From: an uncultured delta proteobacterium
Lineage (GTDB): Bacteria > Myxococcota_A > Polyangia > Polyangiales > Houyiibacteriaceae
Assembly (NCBI GenBank): GCA_963699755.1
Contig: CAVOVB010000001.1
Span: forward strand, 608,001 to 672,000
Length of the DNA: 64,000 nucleotides
Direction: 5' to 3'
The notes under the pieces are model-generated. The model was given only the letters and a program-made list of their open reading frames with translations. It did not search any database and had not been told where the DNA came from. Positions 52,500 to 61,811 of the stretch are shown here, piece after piece. Numbering within the stretch: position 1 is the stretch's first letter; every line of letters starts with the position of its first letter. The translations under genes were made by a program, and so were the position numbers.

Positions 52500-53330
52500 A
52501 TGACGAAGAAGAGAGCGCTGGTCACCGGAGCCGGAGGCGGACTTGGTCGCGCAACGGTGGAACGGCTGGTCGCGGGCGGTTGGAAGGTGTTTGCCGCCGA
52601 CATCAGCGAGGAAATGCTGCGGAGCTCGATGCACGATCCCGACGTCGTTCCCGTCGTCATGGATGTGACGAGTCAGGGGAGCATCCAGGGCGCCTACGAC
52701 GCCGTGGCGAGCCAAACCGACCGCCTCGATGGCATCGTCAACTTTGCCGGCGTCATTGGCGTGGGCTCCCTGACCGACATTCCCGAAGAGCGACTCTCGC
52801 GCATCCTCGACATCAACGTGATGGGCACGTATCGGGTCAACAAGACGTTCCTTCCGCTGGTCGAAGCCGCCAAGGGCCGCATCGTGAACCTCAGCTCGGA
52901 GACGGGCTGGCAGAGCGCAGCGCCGTTCAACGGCCCCTATGCGATGAGCAAGCACGCAATCGAGGCCTATTCGACCGCGCTGCGCCGCGAGCTCGCGCTC
53001 CTCGACATCAAGGTCGTCACCATTCAGCCCGGGGCCTTCCGGACCAACATGGTTGCAGGCATCGAAGACGCCTTCACCGCGGCGGAAGCCGAAACGCCGA
53101 GGTTCGCTCGAGTCCTTCGTAAGCTCAAAACGCTGGCCGGCAAAGAGATCGAATCAGCACGCGACCCCGACATCCTAGCTCAGGTCATCGAAACCGCGCT
53201 CACGTCGAAACGACCAAAGCCGATCTACTCGGTGAAGCCAGACCGACTGCGGTCGACGATCGAGAAGCTTCCGCTGCGCGCGGCCGATGGCCTCTATCTC
53301 GCCGTCTTACGTCGGGCGCACAAGGGGTAG
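52500..53330 (+). CDS. Short-chain dehydrogenase/reductase
   Basis: TGAGGGLG, VNFAG, NLSS, YAMSK, IQPG. Confidence 0.93.
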   Translation: MTKKRALVTGAGGGLGRATVERLVAGGWKVFAADISEEMLRSSMHDPDVVPVVMDVTSQGSIQGAYDAVASQTDRLDGIVNFAGVIGVGSLTDIPEERLSRILDINVMGTYRVNKTFLPLVEAAKGRIVNLSSETGWQSAAPFNGPYAMSKHAIEAYSTALRRELALLDIKVVTIQPGAFRTNMVAGIEDAFTAAEAETPRFARVLRKLKTLAGKEIESARDPDILAQVIETALTSKRPKPIYSVKPDRLRSTIEKLPLRAADGLYLAVLRRAHKG

Positions 53331-53335
53331 CTGCG

Positions 53336-53833
53336 ATGACGACCGACATCGTGAAGATCAAGCCCAGGCCCCAAGGGCTCGACAAGCCCTATGTGGGCAA
53401 GATCATCAAGACCATGTCGACCGTGCATCTCGCGCTCTACCGATGGACCGGTGGCCTGCTCGGGTCGAAGTGGCGCGTCGGCAGTGCCTTTCCCTGGGGC
53501 ATTCCGGTGCTCTTGCTGACCACAGTCGGACGCAAGAGCGGTCTGCCGCGGACTTTGCCGCTGCTCTTCATCGAAGAAGGCAAGAAGATCATCGTCGTGG
53601 CTTCGAAAGGCGGGCTTCCCGGCGACCCACTCTGGTACAAGAACCTCGTCGCCAACCCGGAATGTGAAGTTCAGATCAAGCGCCGCAAGATGAAGATGAG
53701 GGCGCGCACGGCGGCTCCGGAGGAGCGTGAAGACCTTTGGCCGAAGCTCGTCGCCCACTACCCCGATTTCGCCAGCTACGCGACCTGGACCAATCGGACC
53801 ATCCCAGTGGTGATTCTCGAGCGGGCTGGCTGA
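53336..53833 (+). CDS. Deazaflavin (F420H2)-dependent nitroreductase family (Ddn-like)
   Basis: LLLTTVGRKSG.PR, VASKGG...P.WYKNLVANP, Y...TNRTIPVVILE. Confidence 0.9.
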   Translation: MTTDIVKIKPRPQGLDKPYVGKIIKTMSTVHLALYRWTGGLLGSKWRVGSAFPWGIPVLLLTTVGRKSGLPRTLPLLFIEEGKKIIVVASKGGLPGDPLWYKNLVANPECEVQIKRRKMKMRARTAAPEEREDLWPKLVAHYPDFASYATWTNRTIPVVILERAG

Positions 53834-53835
53834 AT

Positions 53836-54144
53836 TCAATCTTCGCAGACTTTCAGCGTGACTTGCGTCTCGGCTCCGCCAACTAGCTTGGTCTGGCAAC
53901 AGAGCCGCACCTTGTCAGGAGTGTTACCGAAGATTTCGAGCACTTCGAGCTCGAGCTCCTCTGCTATCGAGAGGACCTCGCCGCCCTCGACGACTTCGAC
54001 CCGGCATGTCCCACAGGTGGCCGCGCGGCATGAATATGGAACGTCCGCTGCCGGGTTCGCGTCGGTGATGTCCATGATCGCTTCGCCCGGCGCGGCGTCC
54101 ACCTCGAAACCGGAGGGTTCGAATCGTACTCGAATCGTGCTCAT
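53836..54144 (-). CDS. [2Fe-2S] ferredoxin
   Basis: SCRAATCGTC...RLCCQ; overlaps the P450 stop codon. Confidence 0.9.
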   Translation of the reverse strand: MSTIRVRFEPSGFEVDAAPGEAIMDITDANPAADVPYSCRAATCGTCRVEVVEGGEVLSIAEELELEVLEIFGNTPDKVRLCCQTKLVGGAETQVTLKVCED

Positions 54145-55373
54145 GCTCTGATGTGGATCGGGATCTTCATGAAGCCACGAGTAAATGCCGATTGCCGTCG
54201 CTCGGCGCGGTCCCAGTCGATTTCGAAGTGCTCGCCGATACGTGAGCCCATCTCTTCGAAATAGATGCGAATCATCATTCGCGCGACGTGCGCGCCGATG
54301 CAAAAGTGTGGGCCCTGTGCAAAGGACAGGTGACGGTCGATTTTGCGGTGGATGTCCAGCTCGTCCGCGTTGTCACCCCAGTGACGCGGATCACGGTTGC
54401 CGGAGGCGTACAGGTTGTGGACCTTGCTGCCGGCGGGAATCGTCGTGCCATGGAGCTCGACGTCTTCGGTGGTCGTGCGCGAAAGCCCCTGGACGACCGA
54501 TTCGATCCGGAGCAACTCTTCGATCGCGTTCGGGATGAGCGCGGGATCTGCCAAGAGCTCGCGGTGCTGATCGGGGTAATCGTGCAGAAACTTCATCGAG
54601 TTGCCGATTAGGTTGGTCGTCGTGTCGTTGCCACCGGCGATCATGACGAAGCAGAAGCCCAGGATGTCCCAGTCGGTCAGCGTCTCGCCATCGACTTCGG
54701 CCTGGGTGAGCTTGCTGATCATGTCGTCCGTCGGATGGGCCCGGCGCGCCTGGCACATGGCGCCAAAGTAGGTGACCAGCCCCTGGACCGCCCCAATCGC
54801 CTGCTGAATATCGAGGGCGAAGTCCGCAGAGGCCGAGGTGATGCCGTCGGACCAGGGGTCGAATTTCTCGCGGTCCTCGGGCGGCACGCCGAGGATGTTG
54901 GCAACCACCATCGTCGGCAGCGGAGACGCTATGGCCTCGATCAAATCGACCTCTTCTCCATCGGCCGACTTCTCTTTCATGGCTTCGACGCCGTCGATCA
55001 CGAACTGGCGGACGGTCGGTTCGAGCTCCTTCACGGTGTCGGGCGTGAACGCTTTGGTGATCAAGCGCCGAAGCCTCGTGTGGTCCGGCGGATCCATCAT
55101 GATGAAGGTTGGTGGAATGCCGAGCTGACTTATCTCGTCCTTGGCCGGCGTGAGGCCCTGGGCGGACGAGAAGGTCTGTGGCTTGCGGAGTGCGTGAAAG
55201 ATGTCGTCGTACCGAGACAAGGCGTAGAAATCCATCCGCGCGTTGTAGTGAACCGGATGCTCATCCCGAAGACGCTCGTAGAACGGATAGGGATCGGCGA
55301 TCAGCTCCGGGTTGAACGGATCGTAGATCGGATCGTATTGGATGCATTCTCCCTTTGTCGCCGAGTCATCCAT
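54141..55373 (-). CDS. Cytochrome P450
   Basis: DPPDHTRLR, AGGNDTT, EELLR, FAQGPHFCIG. Confidence 0.95.
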   Translation of the reverse strand: MDDSATKGECIQYDPIYDPFNPELIADPYPFYERLRDEHPVHYNARMDFYALSRYDDIFHALRKPQTFSSAQGLTPAKDEISQLGIPPTFIMMDPPDHTRLRRLITKAFTPDTVKELEPTVRQFVIDGVEAMKEKSADGEEVDLIEAIASPLPTMVVANILGVPPEDREKFDPWSDGITSASADFALDIQQAIGAVQGLVTYFGAMCQARRAHPTDDMISKLTQAEVDGETLTDWDILGFCFVMIAGGNDTTTNLIGNSMKFLHDYPDQHRELLADPALIPNAIEELLRIESVVQGLSRTTTEDVELHGTTIPAGSKVHNLYASGNRDPRHWGDNADELDIHRKIDRHLSFAQGPHFCIGAHVARMMIRIYFEEMGSRIGEHFEIDWDRAERRQSAFTRGFMKIPIHIRA

Positions 55374-55446
55374 CTGGTCACGCTCCTCAAACAGCCTGGC
55401 TGAGTTTGGCTGGGGAAGGATGGGGGCTCAAGGACTGTGGCCAAAA

Positions 55447-55480
55447 GAAACCGGCGCTAGTCGAGGACCAGCGCCGGTTC
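55447..55480. terminator. Hairpin, probable terminator
   Basis: aaccggcgct...agcgccggtt. Confidence 0.6.
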
Positions 55481-55508
55481 TTCATCTCGCTTGCGTTGTG
55501 CTGAAACG

Positions 55509-55845
55509 TTAGCCAGCACCGCCGGCGCCACCAGCACCGCCAGCACCACCGCCGCAGCTTGCGAACGCCTCGCCGCATTCACTTTGGATGCACTGGTCAC
55601 AGTCATCACCCGGCGTGGGCGGGCCCGCACAGGGGCCAGGCGGGTCTGCCAACCGGAGCCGGCTCGCCGCTTTCGATAGCCGCCAGGTCATCCGTATTGT
55701 CGCAGGCTGGCGGAATCACCTGAGGAGCGCCGCCCGATCCCGCTGAACCGCCTGCCCCGGCAGTGCCGCCATTGTTTTCGTCTTCGCTGCGGCCGAACGA
55801 GGCGACAGCCAAAGAAAGGCCAATCATCATTACTCTACCAACCAT
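55509..55845 (-). pseudogene. Degenerate Cys-rich lipoprotein (frameshifted, lipobox Cys lost)
   Basis: Strong RBS ggggagg; signal ends FGRSED instead of FGC; Gly linker and CDNTDDLAA continue in another frame as CAG...CDQCIQSECG...C. Confidence 0.5.
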
Positions 55846-55991
55846 AATTACCTCCCCTAATTTAGGTATAGAGAACACGTAGCCTCCTTTTGGAGGCCGC
55901 GCGCGCCGAGTGCTTGGTCGGCTGCCTAACCGCACGGAAATGCACCTCTTGTGGTGGAGCGCTCTGTAGCGGCAGCCGCGTAAAGTACGTG

Positions 55992-57287
55992 TCATGTATC
56001 AAGTGAGAAGCGACTCTCGCCCCGAGGGATTCGGGTGCTGATGCGGCGGATGATCTCGGGCCAGTAGGCTGTATCCAGGGCAAAGAAGGGCTTGCCGGAG
56101 TTCATCAGCGCGACGGAGATGTCCCGCTCAGGATCGGCCCAGGCGAGGATATTGCTCAAGCCCAGATGGCCGAACGCCTTGCCCGCGCGGAAGCCGTAGA
56201 GGCCGAGGGGCTCGGTCCCGAGCATGAAGCCCATCGAATAGGACATCGGCAAGAGGATCATCCGGTCGACCTGGCCCGGTGTCTGCGGTTTGACGGCTCT
56301 GCGAACGGTAGCCTCTGAAAAGACGCGCGTGCCATCGAGCTCGCCGCCCGCGACGAGAAGCTCAAAGAAGCGGCCGATGTCGTTCGTCGTGCCAAAGAGG
56401 TTTGCCGACGGAATGATGCCAGTGCGGAAACGGGGATCGTTGGAAAGCTCGACCAGCTCTTCGACTGAGATACCGAGCGACCTCTTGAAGATATCTCTGA
56501 GTGGCCAGATCAATTTGGGCCCGGTGCATGCATCGAGCGCTGCGTCGGCGAGCCGCTCTTCGGGCAACCCATAATTTAAATAGCCGATTCGGAGCGGTTC
56601 CGATATCTCCCGCTGCAAGAACGCGCGAATATCGCGGCCCGTGATGCGCTGTATGAGCTCGGCGAAGATGAAACCGCTGGTGACTGCATGATAAGCGGGC
56701 ACTGTCCCCGGTCGGTAACTAGGTTCGAGCTCGTAAATCATTTCCAAGATTCGCTGCGGGTCTTGCAACATGTTTAGGTCGGCAGCGTCGGTAGGCGCGG
56801 CTGGAATGCCGCCACGATGTGTCAGCAAGTCGCGGATCGTGATCCGCCCTTTTCGTTTCCGCGCGAACTCCGGAATGAACGTGGCCACCGGTTCATCGAC
56901 GTGAAGTAGCTCGCGCTCGGCGAGCAGGTGAATGAGCATCGCTGTCACGGCCTTCGAGCCGGAAAAGAAATTGAAGAGGGTTCTCGTCGTGGCGGGGACG
57001 AGCTCTGCATCTTTGGGATCGTTGGGTGCGTTGCCGCGTGCATGCCCGATGACGCGGTCGAGGACGACCTCACCGCGCCGCCGGATGCAGAGCCCGAGCG
57101 CGGGGTGAAATCCAGTTCGATAGAAGTCGACGACGGCGCTCCAGATCGACTCGATGTCTTCGCGGCGCAGGCCGACCGAGGCCGGATCGACCTCTGCGGA
57201 ACCCCGGGAGGTCACGTCATCGGGAACGAACACGCGAACGCGCCTCGACGACAAACCCCGGATCTTCAAGCCTCTCAGTCGTTCCAT
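55992..57287 (-). CDS. Serine hydrolase, beta-lactamase family esterase
   Basis: FSGSK, LLTHRGG, AYHAVT, FGHLG, WADP. Confidence 0.9.
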   Translation of the reverse strand: MERLRGLKIRGLSSRRVRVFVPDDVTSRGSAEVDPASVGLRREDIESIWSAVVDFYRTGFHPALGLCIRRRGEVVLDRVIGHARGNAPNDPKDAELVPATTRTLFNFFSGSKAVTAMLIHLLAERELLHVDEPVATFIPEFARKRKGRITIRDLLTHRGGIPAAPTDAADLNMLQDPQRILEMIYELEPSYRPGTVPAYHAVTSGFIFAELIQRITGRDIRAFLQREISEPLRIGYLNYGLPEERLADAALDACTGPKLIWPLRDIFKRSLGISVEELVELSNDPRFRTGIIPSANLFGTTNDIGRFFELLVAGGELDGTRVFSEATVRRAVKPQTPGQVDRMILLPMSYSMGFMLGTEPLGLYGFRAGKAFGHLGLSNILAWADPERDISVALMNSGKPFFALDTAYWPEIIRRISTRIPRGESRFSLDT

Positions 57288-57295
57288 CGCGAAAG

Positions 57296-58672
57296 CTAAC
57301 GGAACCGCACTTCTGCCTGCATCCCGCGTTCGCCCGGATGCATCGAGAGCTCGGTGACGAAGTCCGGCTCGAAGCCCTCGCAGAGGTTCGGTTCAACGCG
57401 CTGGACCAGCGTGGCGAGGATCATCCGCATCTCCATCATGGCGAACTGCTTGCCTATACAGACGCGCGGCCCCCCGGCGAACGGAACATAGGCACCGCGG
57501 GGCAGGCGCCGCTCAAACTCACGGGTCCAGCGCTCCGGCCGAAACTCCATTGGGTCGTCGTAGTACTTGCGGTTACGACCCATCGCGATGTGGCTGATGG
57601 TGATGGTCTGGCCCTTCTTGATCTCGTAGCCCTCGATGACCAGGTCCCGCTGCGCTTGGCGGGCGTACGCCCATACCGAGGGCAGCAGCCGAAGGGACTC
57701 CTTCACGACCATCTCGAGGTATGGAAGGTTTGGAAGGTCTTCGACCTCGGTACCCCTGCCATTTAGGACGCGGCGGAGCTCTTCGCGCAGCTTGGCGAGC
57801 TCGTTCCGATTCTTCGCCAAGAGGTACCAGGTCCAGGTCAGCGCATGCGCCGTCGTCTCGTGCCCCGCGAAGATCAAAGTCATCGCCTCGTCGCGAAGCT
57901 GCTTGTCAGACATCCGTCCTTGCTCGTCTTCGACGAACACCATGTGCGAAAAGAGGTCGCCGCGATCCTTCTCGTTGCTCAGGCGCTCCTGATGCGCGTG
58001 CTCGATGATCGCTTCGATCTTCGCGATCGCGCGCTTCTTTCGCCGATTCTCCCTGCTGGGCCACCAGTCGGGCCGCGGGAGCATCTTGTCGGCGTCCGTC
58101 ACCAGGATCTCGCTGATATCAGCCAGGGCGTCCCGAATCGTCGCGGAGTCACCCTCCCCGATGTCGATGTCGAACAAGGTGTCGGCGACCACCTCGAGGG
58201 CAAGCGCGTTGAGCTCGAGGCGCATGTCTCTGCGTTCGCCCTCTTTCCATCGATTGAGCATTCGCTCCGTGAATGCGACCATCGTCGGCGCGTAGGCGTC
58301 CACGCGCTTCTTGTGGAAACCAGGCAGGATGAGCTTGTGCTGTCGCTTCCAGGACTCTCCGTCGTTCGGCACCAGGCCGTTTCCGAGAAACGGCTTCCAC
58401 ATCATCTTGATGTAGTCCGGCTTGTAGAAGTCCGCCCAGTGCGTGACGTTGATCGCGTAGACCACGGCGGGATCGCGCACAAACACGAGGTCACGCAGCA
58501 AGGCGCGAGAGACGAATACGTCACCGTACTCGGCATGGCCGTCGATCAGGAAGCCCGAGCGATCGTGTGCCAGGTCCATCAAGCATCCCCAAAACCAATG
58601 CCCCTTCATCCGGGGGATCGCCCTGCTGGGAACTGAGCTAGGGCTGGCCTGCGCTGCGGCTTCGGCGGTCAC
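57296..58672 (-). CDS. Cytochrome P450
   Basis: AGHETT, KESLR, FRPERW, PFAGGPRVCIG. Confidence 0.95.
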   Translation of the reverse strand: MTAEAAAQASPSSVPSRAIPRMKGHWFWGCLMDLAHDRSGFLIDGHAEYGDVFVSRALLRDLVFVRDPAVVYAINVTHWADFYKPDYIKMMWKPFLGNGLVPNDGESWKRQHKLILPGFHKKRVDAYAPTMVAFTERMLNRWKEGERRDMRLELNALALEVVADTLFDIDIGEGDSATIRDALADISEILVTDADKMLPRPDWWPSRENRRKKRAIAKIEAIIEHAHQERLSNEKDRGDLFSHMVFVEDEQGRMSDKQLRDEAMTLIFAGHETTAHALTWTWYLLAKNRNELAKLREELRRVLNGRGTEVEDLPNLPYLEMVVKESLRLLPSVWAYARQAQRDLVIEGYEIKKGQTITISHIAMGRNRKYYDDPMEFRPERWTREFERRLPRGAYVPFAGGPRVCIGKQFAMMEMRMILATLVQRVEPNLCEGFEPDFVTELSMHPGERGMQAEVRFR

Positions 58673-58872
58673 GTAGTTCGTCTCATCCTCGCTTATCTGT
58701 TTGTAAACCTAGGGTGGAGGCGTTCGCAACCAGTTCCTTCGCCACAATTTCGGGCCCGCCCTCGAGAAGCGACGGAAACGGCTATATCAGAGTCGAGCCT
58801 CTGGCTTCCGACGCGGCAGCATTGGGCTGCAACGCCCTTTACGCGGGCATCGGGGCCGACTATACGATTCGT

Positions 58873-59352
58873 ATGAAGAATCTTTCTCTTGGGCTGGTCC
58901 TGCTTTTGAGCGCGGGCTTCGTCGTGATCGGCTGCGGCAGCAGCGATGGCGCAGTGAGCGCTTGCGAAGGCGGTCAGGTCGATTGCGACGGGGTCTGTAT
59001 CGATCCCATCGCGCCGACGCTCGCAGCGATTCAGTCGGAGATTTTCGAGGGCCGCGGCTGCGCCGCGAGCACATGTCACGATGCCGACCAACCAGAAGCG
59101 AGTCTAGACCTGAGCTCCGCGGCAGAGTCTGGAATGAACCTCATCGGCGTCAACTCGGTACAACTCACACAAGTCCTGCGCGTCGACCCAGGCGATAGCA
59201 ACGCATCATACCTGATGAACAAGATCCTAGGCGAAGGCATGGCCCTCGGGACGCTTCGGATGCCGTTTAACATCGGGGGGGACGTGGTCCTATGCGAACC
59301 GGAGATCAGCGCGATTCGTCAGTGGATCGACGACGGCGCGCCCGTGAACTGA
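58873..59352 (+). CDS. Lipoprotein with one atypical heme motif (CX4CH) and distal Met
   Basis: VIGC lipobox; CAASTCH; VDPGDSNASYL; RMP; IRQWIDDGA. Confidence 0.7.
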   Translation: MKNLSLGLVLLLSAGFVVIGCGSSDGAVSACEGGQVDCDGVCIDPIAPTLAAIQSEIFEGRGCAASTCHDADQPEASLDLSSAAESGMNLIGVNSVQLTQVLRVDPGDSNASYLMNKILGEGMALGTLRMPFNIGGDVVLCEPEISAIRQWIDDGAPVN

Positions 59353-59434
59353 CCCGAGCATCGAAACCCGAGGAAACGGGCGCTCGCCTTCCGGAAGGAG
59401 ATGCGCGCGCGCCAAAGCGCGTTATGATCGCGCC

Positions 59435-59824
59435 ATGACCGCCATCGATGAGCTGGGCAAAGCCCGATACGTGAACCTCGAAACCTTCCGAAAGAACGGA
59501 ACGGGCGTGCAAACGCCGGTCTGGGTGGGCCGCGATCGGAACGAGCTGGTGATTTTCACGAACGGCGACTCGTACAAGGTGAAGCGATTGCGGCGAAACC
59601 CGAAGATCCGAATCGCGGCCTGTAATGTCCGCGGCGGGTTGAAAGGTCCTTGGCACGAAGGCACGGCGCGGCTCGTCGAGGACGAAGCGGAGAAACAATC
59701 GGTTCTCCAGGCGCTCCGCAAGAAGTATGGCTGGCAAATGATGTTGGCCGACTGGGGCGGACGGCTCCGCGGCTCGAAGAAGAATTGGGCCTTCATCGCG
59801 GTTCGACTCGACGGCAATGAATAA
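59435..59824 (+). CDS. PPOX-class F420-dependent oxidoreductase family
   Basis: YVNLETFRKNGTGVQTPVW, KVKRLRRNP, KKYG. Confidence 0.9.
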   Translation: MTAIDELGKARYVNLETFRKNGTGVQTPVWVGRDRNELVIFTNGDSYKVKRLRRNPKIRIAACNVRGGLKGPWHEGTARLVEDEAEKQSVLQALRKKYGWQMMLADWGGRLRGSKKNWAFIAVRLDGNE

Positions 59825-60893
59825 GGTCCTCCCCCCCAAGGTCCGAACCGTCATGCGGCTCCTCCTATTTCTTCTGCTCGCTTCTGGAATTCCTGGGTTT
59901 GCCCTCGCGCAAGACGCGGCCGAGGGAGACGACGTTCGCTCCGCGGACGAGATCCCCGAAGACATGCCCGCGCCGCCGGAGGATGCGCCGCCTGCCGAAG
60001 CGCCGGCCGTCGACGGGACCGATGAACGACCTCCTCATCCCGAGACACCCGAGCCACTCGAAGAACAGCAACCCTCTGCGGATCTCCTTGCGAAGACTTC
60101 GTATCATTGGTTACCCGGGCACTGGATATGGACGGGAGAGCAGTTCGAATGGAAGAGCGGTGAGTGGATCTACAAGGTCAAGGACATGATCTTGGTGCCG
60201 CCGCGCTGGGAATGGGACGGCAAGCAGTGGGTGTTCTACGATGCAGGCTGGGCGAAGCCGGGAACGAAGAAGGCCGTCTACAGCGCGACGTCCGCTCCTG
60301 GAGGTCCCGACGTGGCAGCCAATGCGGAGCAGGCGCCGGCCGCCACGACCCAAGAGCCTGTTCACCAAGTCTCGACGACAACCGTCTACGTCTGGACGGG
60401 CGTGTACGTTCCGCCGCTGATTCTCTTTCCGATTTGGCACCCTTGGTATCACTATCACTGGTATCACAGGTACCCGGCGTATCGGCGGCCGCCCGCGTAC
60501 CGTAGCGCGCGCTATCACTACTCGTACACTCACCGACCTGCATACCGCCCTCCGCCGCAGGCCCGCCCTCCGGGCCATGGCGGCAGGCCGCCGAGCACTG
60601 GGCGACCCCCGAATCAAGGCGGCAGGCCACCGAGCAGCGCTAGGCCACCCAACCAAGGGGGTGGCTCCCGGCCGGAGACCAAGCCAGGCAACCGTCCGTC
60701 GCAGCAACCTGCGACGAGGCCTTCCCAGCAGCCTTCGGCCAGACCAGCGCAGCAGCCCTCGGCCAGGCCAGCTCAGCGGCCTTCGACAAGACCGGCGCAG
60801 CAGCCGAGCACCAGACCCTCAACCCAGCCTTCCAATCGCGGAAGCAGCGGCCGTCGGAGCGGCGGCGGCCGACGAGGTGGCGGCCGCCGCTAA
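59817..60893 (+). CDS. Secreted protein with YXWGXW-like repeats and Pro/Arg-rich repeat tail
   Basis: WLPGHWIW, VPPRWEW; (RPSQQPSA)n-type repeats. Confidence 0.8.
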   Translation: MNKVLPPKVRTVMRLLLFLLLASGIPGFALAQDAAEGDDVRSADEIPEDMPAPPEDAPPAEAPAVDGTDERPPHPETPEPLEEQQPSADLLAKTSYHWLPGHWIWTGEQFEWKSGEWIYKVKDMILVPPRWEWDGKQWVFYDAGWAKPGTKKAVYSATSAPGGPDVAANAEQAPAATTQEPVHQVSTTTVYVWTGVYVPPLILFPIWHPWYHYHWYHRYPAYRRPPAYRSARYHYSYTHRPAYRPPPQARPPGHGGRPPSTGRPPNQGGRPPSSARPPNQGGGSRPETKPGNRPSQQPATRPSQQPSARPAQQPSARPAQRPSTRPAQQPSTRPSTQPSNRGSSGRRSGGGRRGGGRR

Positions 60894-60903
60894 CCGAGCG
60901 CGA

Positions 60904-61659
60904 CTAGTCCCGCCGCCGAACCAGGACGCCGGCGTAGGGCGCCAACCACCATTGGGAGGCTCCGAAGAAGTTGCCCTTGCCGGTGAAGGAGTACTGGAAG
61001 CCGACGTCGATGTAGACGCCGCTTTTTTTAACCTCGAAACCAAGCCCAGCCTTGCCGGTGAACCCCGGAGTGAAGCGGTACACGGAGTACTCGCTGCAGT
61101 ACCAGTAGCCACAGCCAACGGCAGTCTCCGCAAAGTTCCAGAAGTTCATGTCGAAGGAGCCCGTGATATACGGAAGGACGACCTTGAGGTCCGGAACCTG
61201 AAAGCGAACCTCGGGGAGCGAGAGGTAAATGCGGGTTAGCGGGCGGCGTCCGGACAAGATGGTCCCACCGACGTTCACACCATTCAAGTCGATAGGCATC
61301 CATTGCAGACCCACGTCACCACCGATGACGAACCAACCAAAGTCTGCGCCGCCGAAGAAAAAGATGTTGGCGCCGGGACGAACGACGTCGCGGGGCACGT
61401 CGAGGGCGATCGGAACGCCGATCCCAAGCGACCAAGTGAAGCCCACGTCGAGACCTTTCTGCTGATCTGCTTCTTGAAGGGCCGGATACGGGGTCGTGGA
61501 GACCATTTGGTCCGGTGGGGCCGGCGGCGGTGCGGGCGCAGCAGTGGCACCGGTGTAGCCACCTTCCTGTGTTGATGGGTCCCACTGGGCGGATGCAAGC
61601 GTGGCGGGCAGCCAAAGCGCGATCAGAAGCGCCGTCGATCGTAATCCAGTCATCCTCAT
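60904..61659 (-). CDS. Outer-membrane beta-barrel-like protein
   Basis: RBS ggagg; signal peptide ASA-Q; about 8 amphipathic strands. Confidence 0.7.
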   Translation of the reverse strand: MRMTGLRSTALLIALWLPATLASAQWDPSTQEGGYTGATAAPAPPPAPPDQMVSTTPYPALQEADQQKGLDVGFTWSLGIGVPIALDVPRDVVRPGANIFFFGGADFGWFVIGGDVGLQWMPIDLNGVNVGGTILSGRRPLTRIYLSLPEVRFQVPDLKVVLPYITGSFDMNFWNFAETAVGCGYWYCSEYSVYRFTPGFTGKAGLGFEVKKSGVYIDVGFQYSFTGKGNFFGASQWWLAPYAGVLVRRRD

Positions 61660-61811
61660 TTCAACCTCCGCGGTCGACAGGACCCTATAGCGAGAAGCAA
61701 CTATATTCAACGCCCCAAGCCGCCTTGAGCGCCTATGAGACTTCGACTAGGCCTTGCGTTTGCTCGGGGTCGGTCGGCAGGCCCCTCGATCGAGTTCCAA
61801 GGGATTTTATT

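Noticed and set aside
60540..60890. Tandem ~24-36 nt repeats as a CRISPR array
   Set aside because: They are in-frame Pro/Arg/Gln-rich coding repeats with no unique spacers, and no cas genes are present
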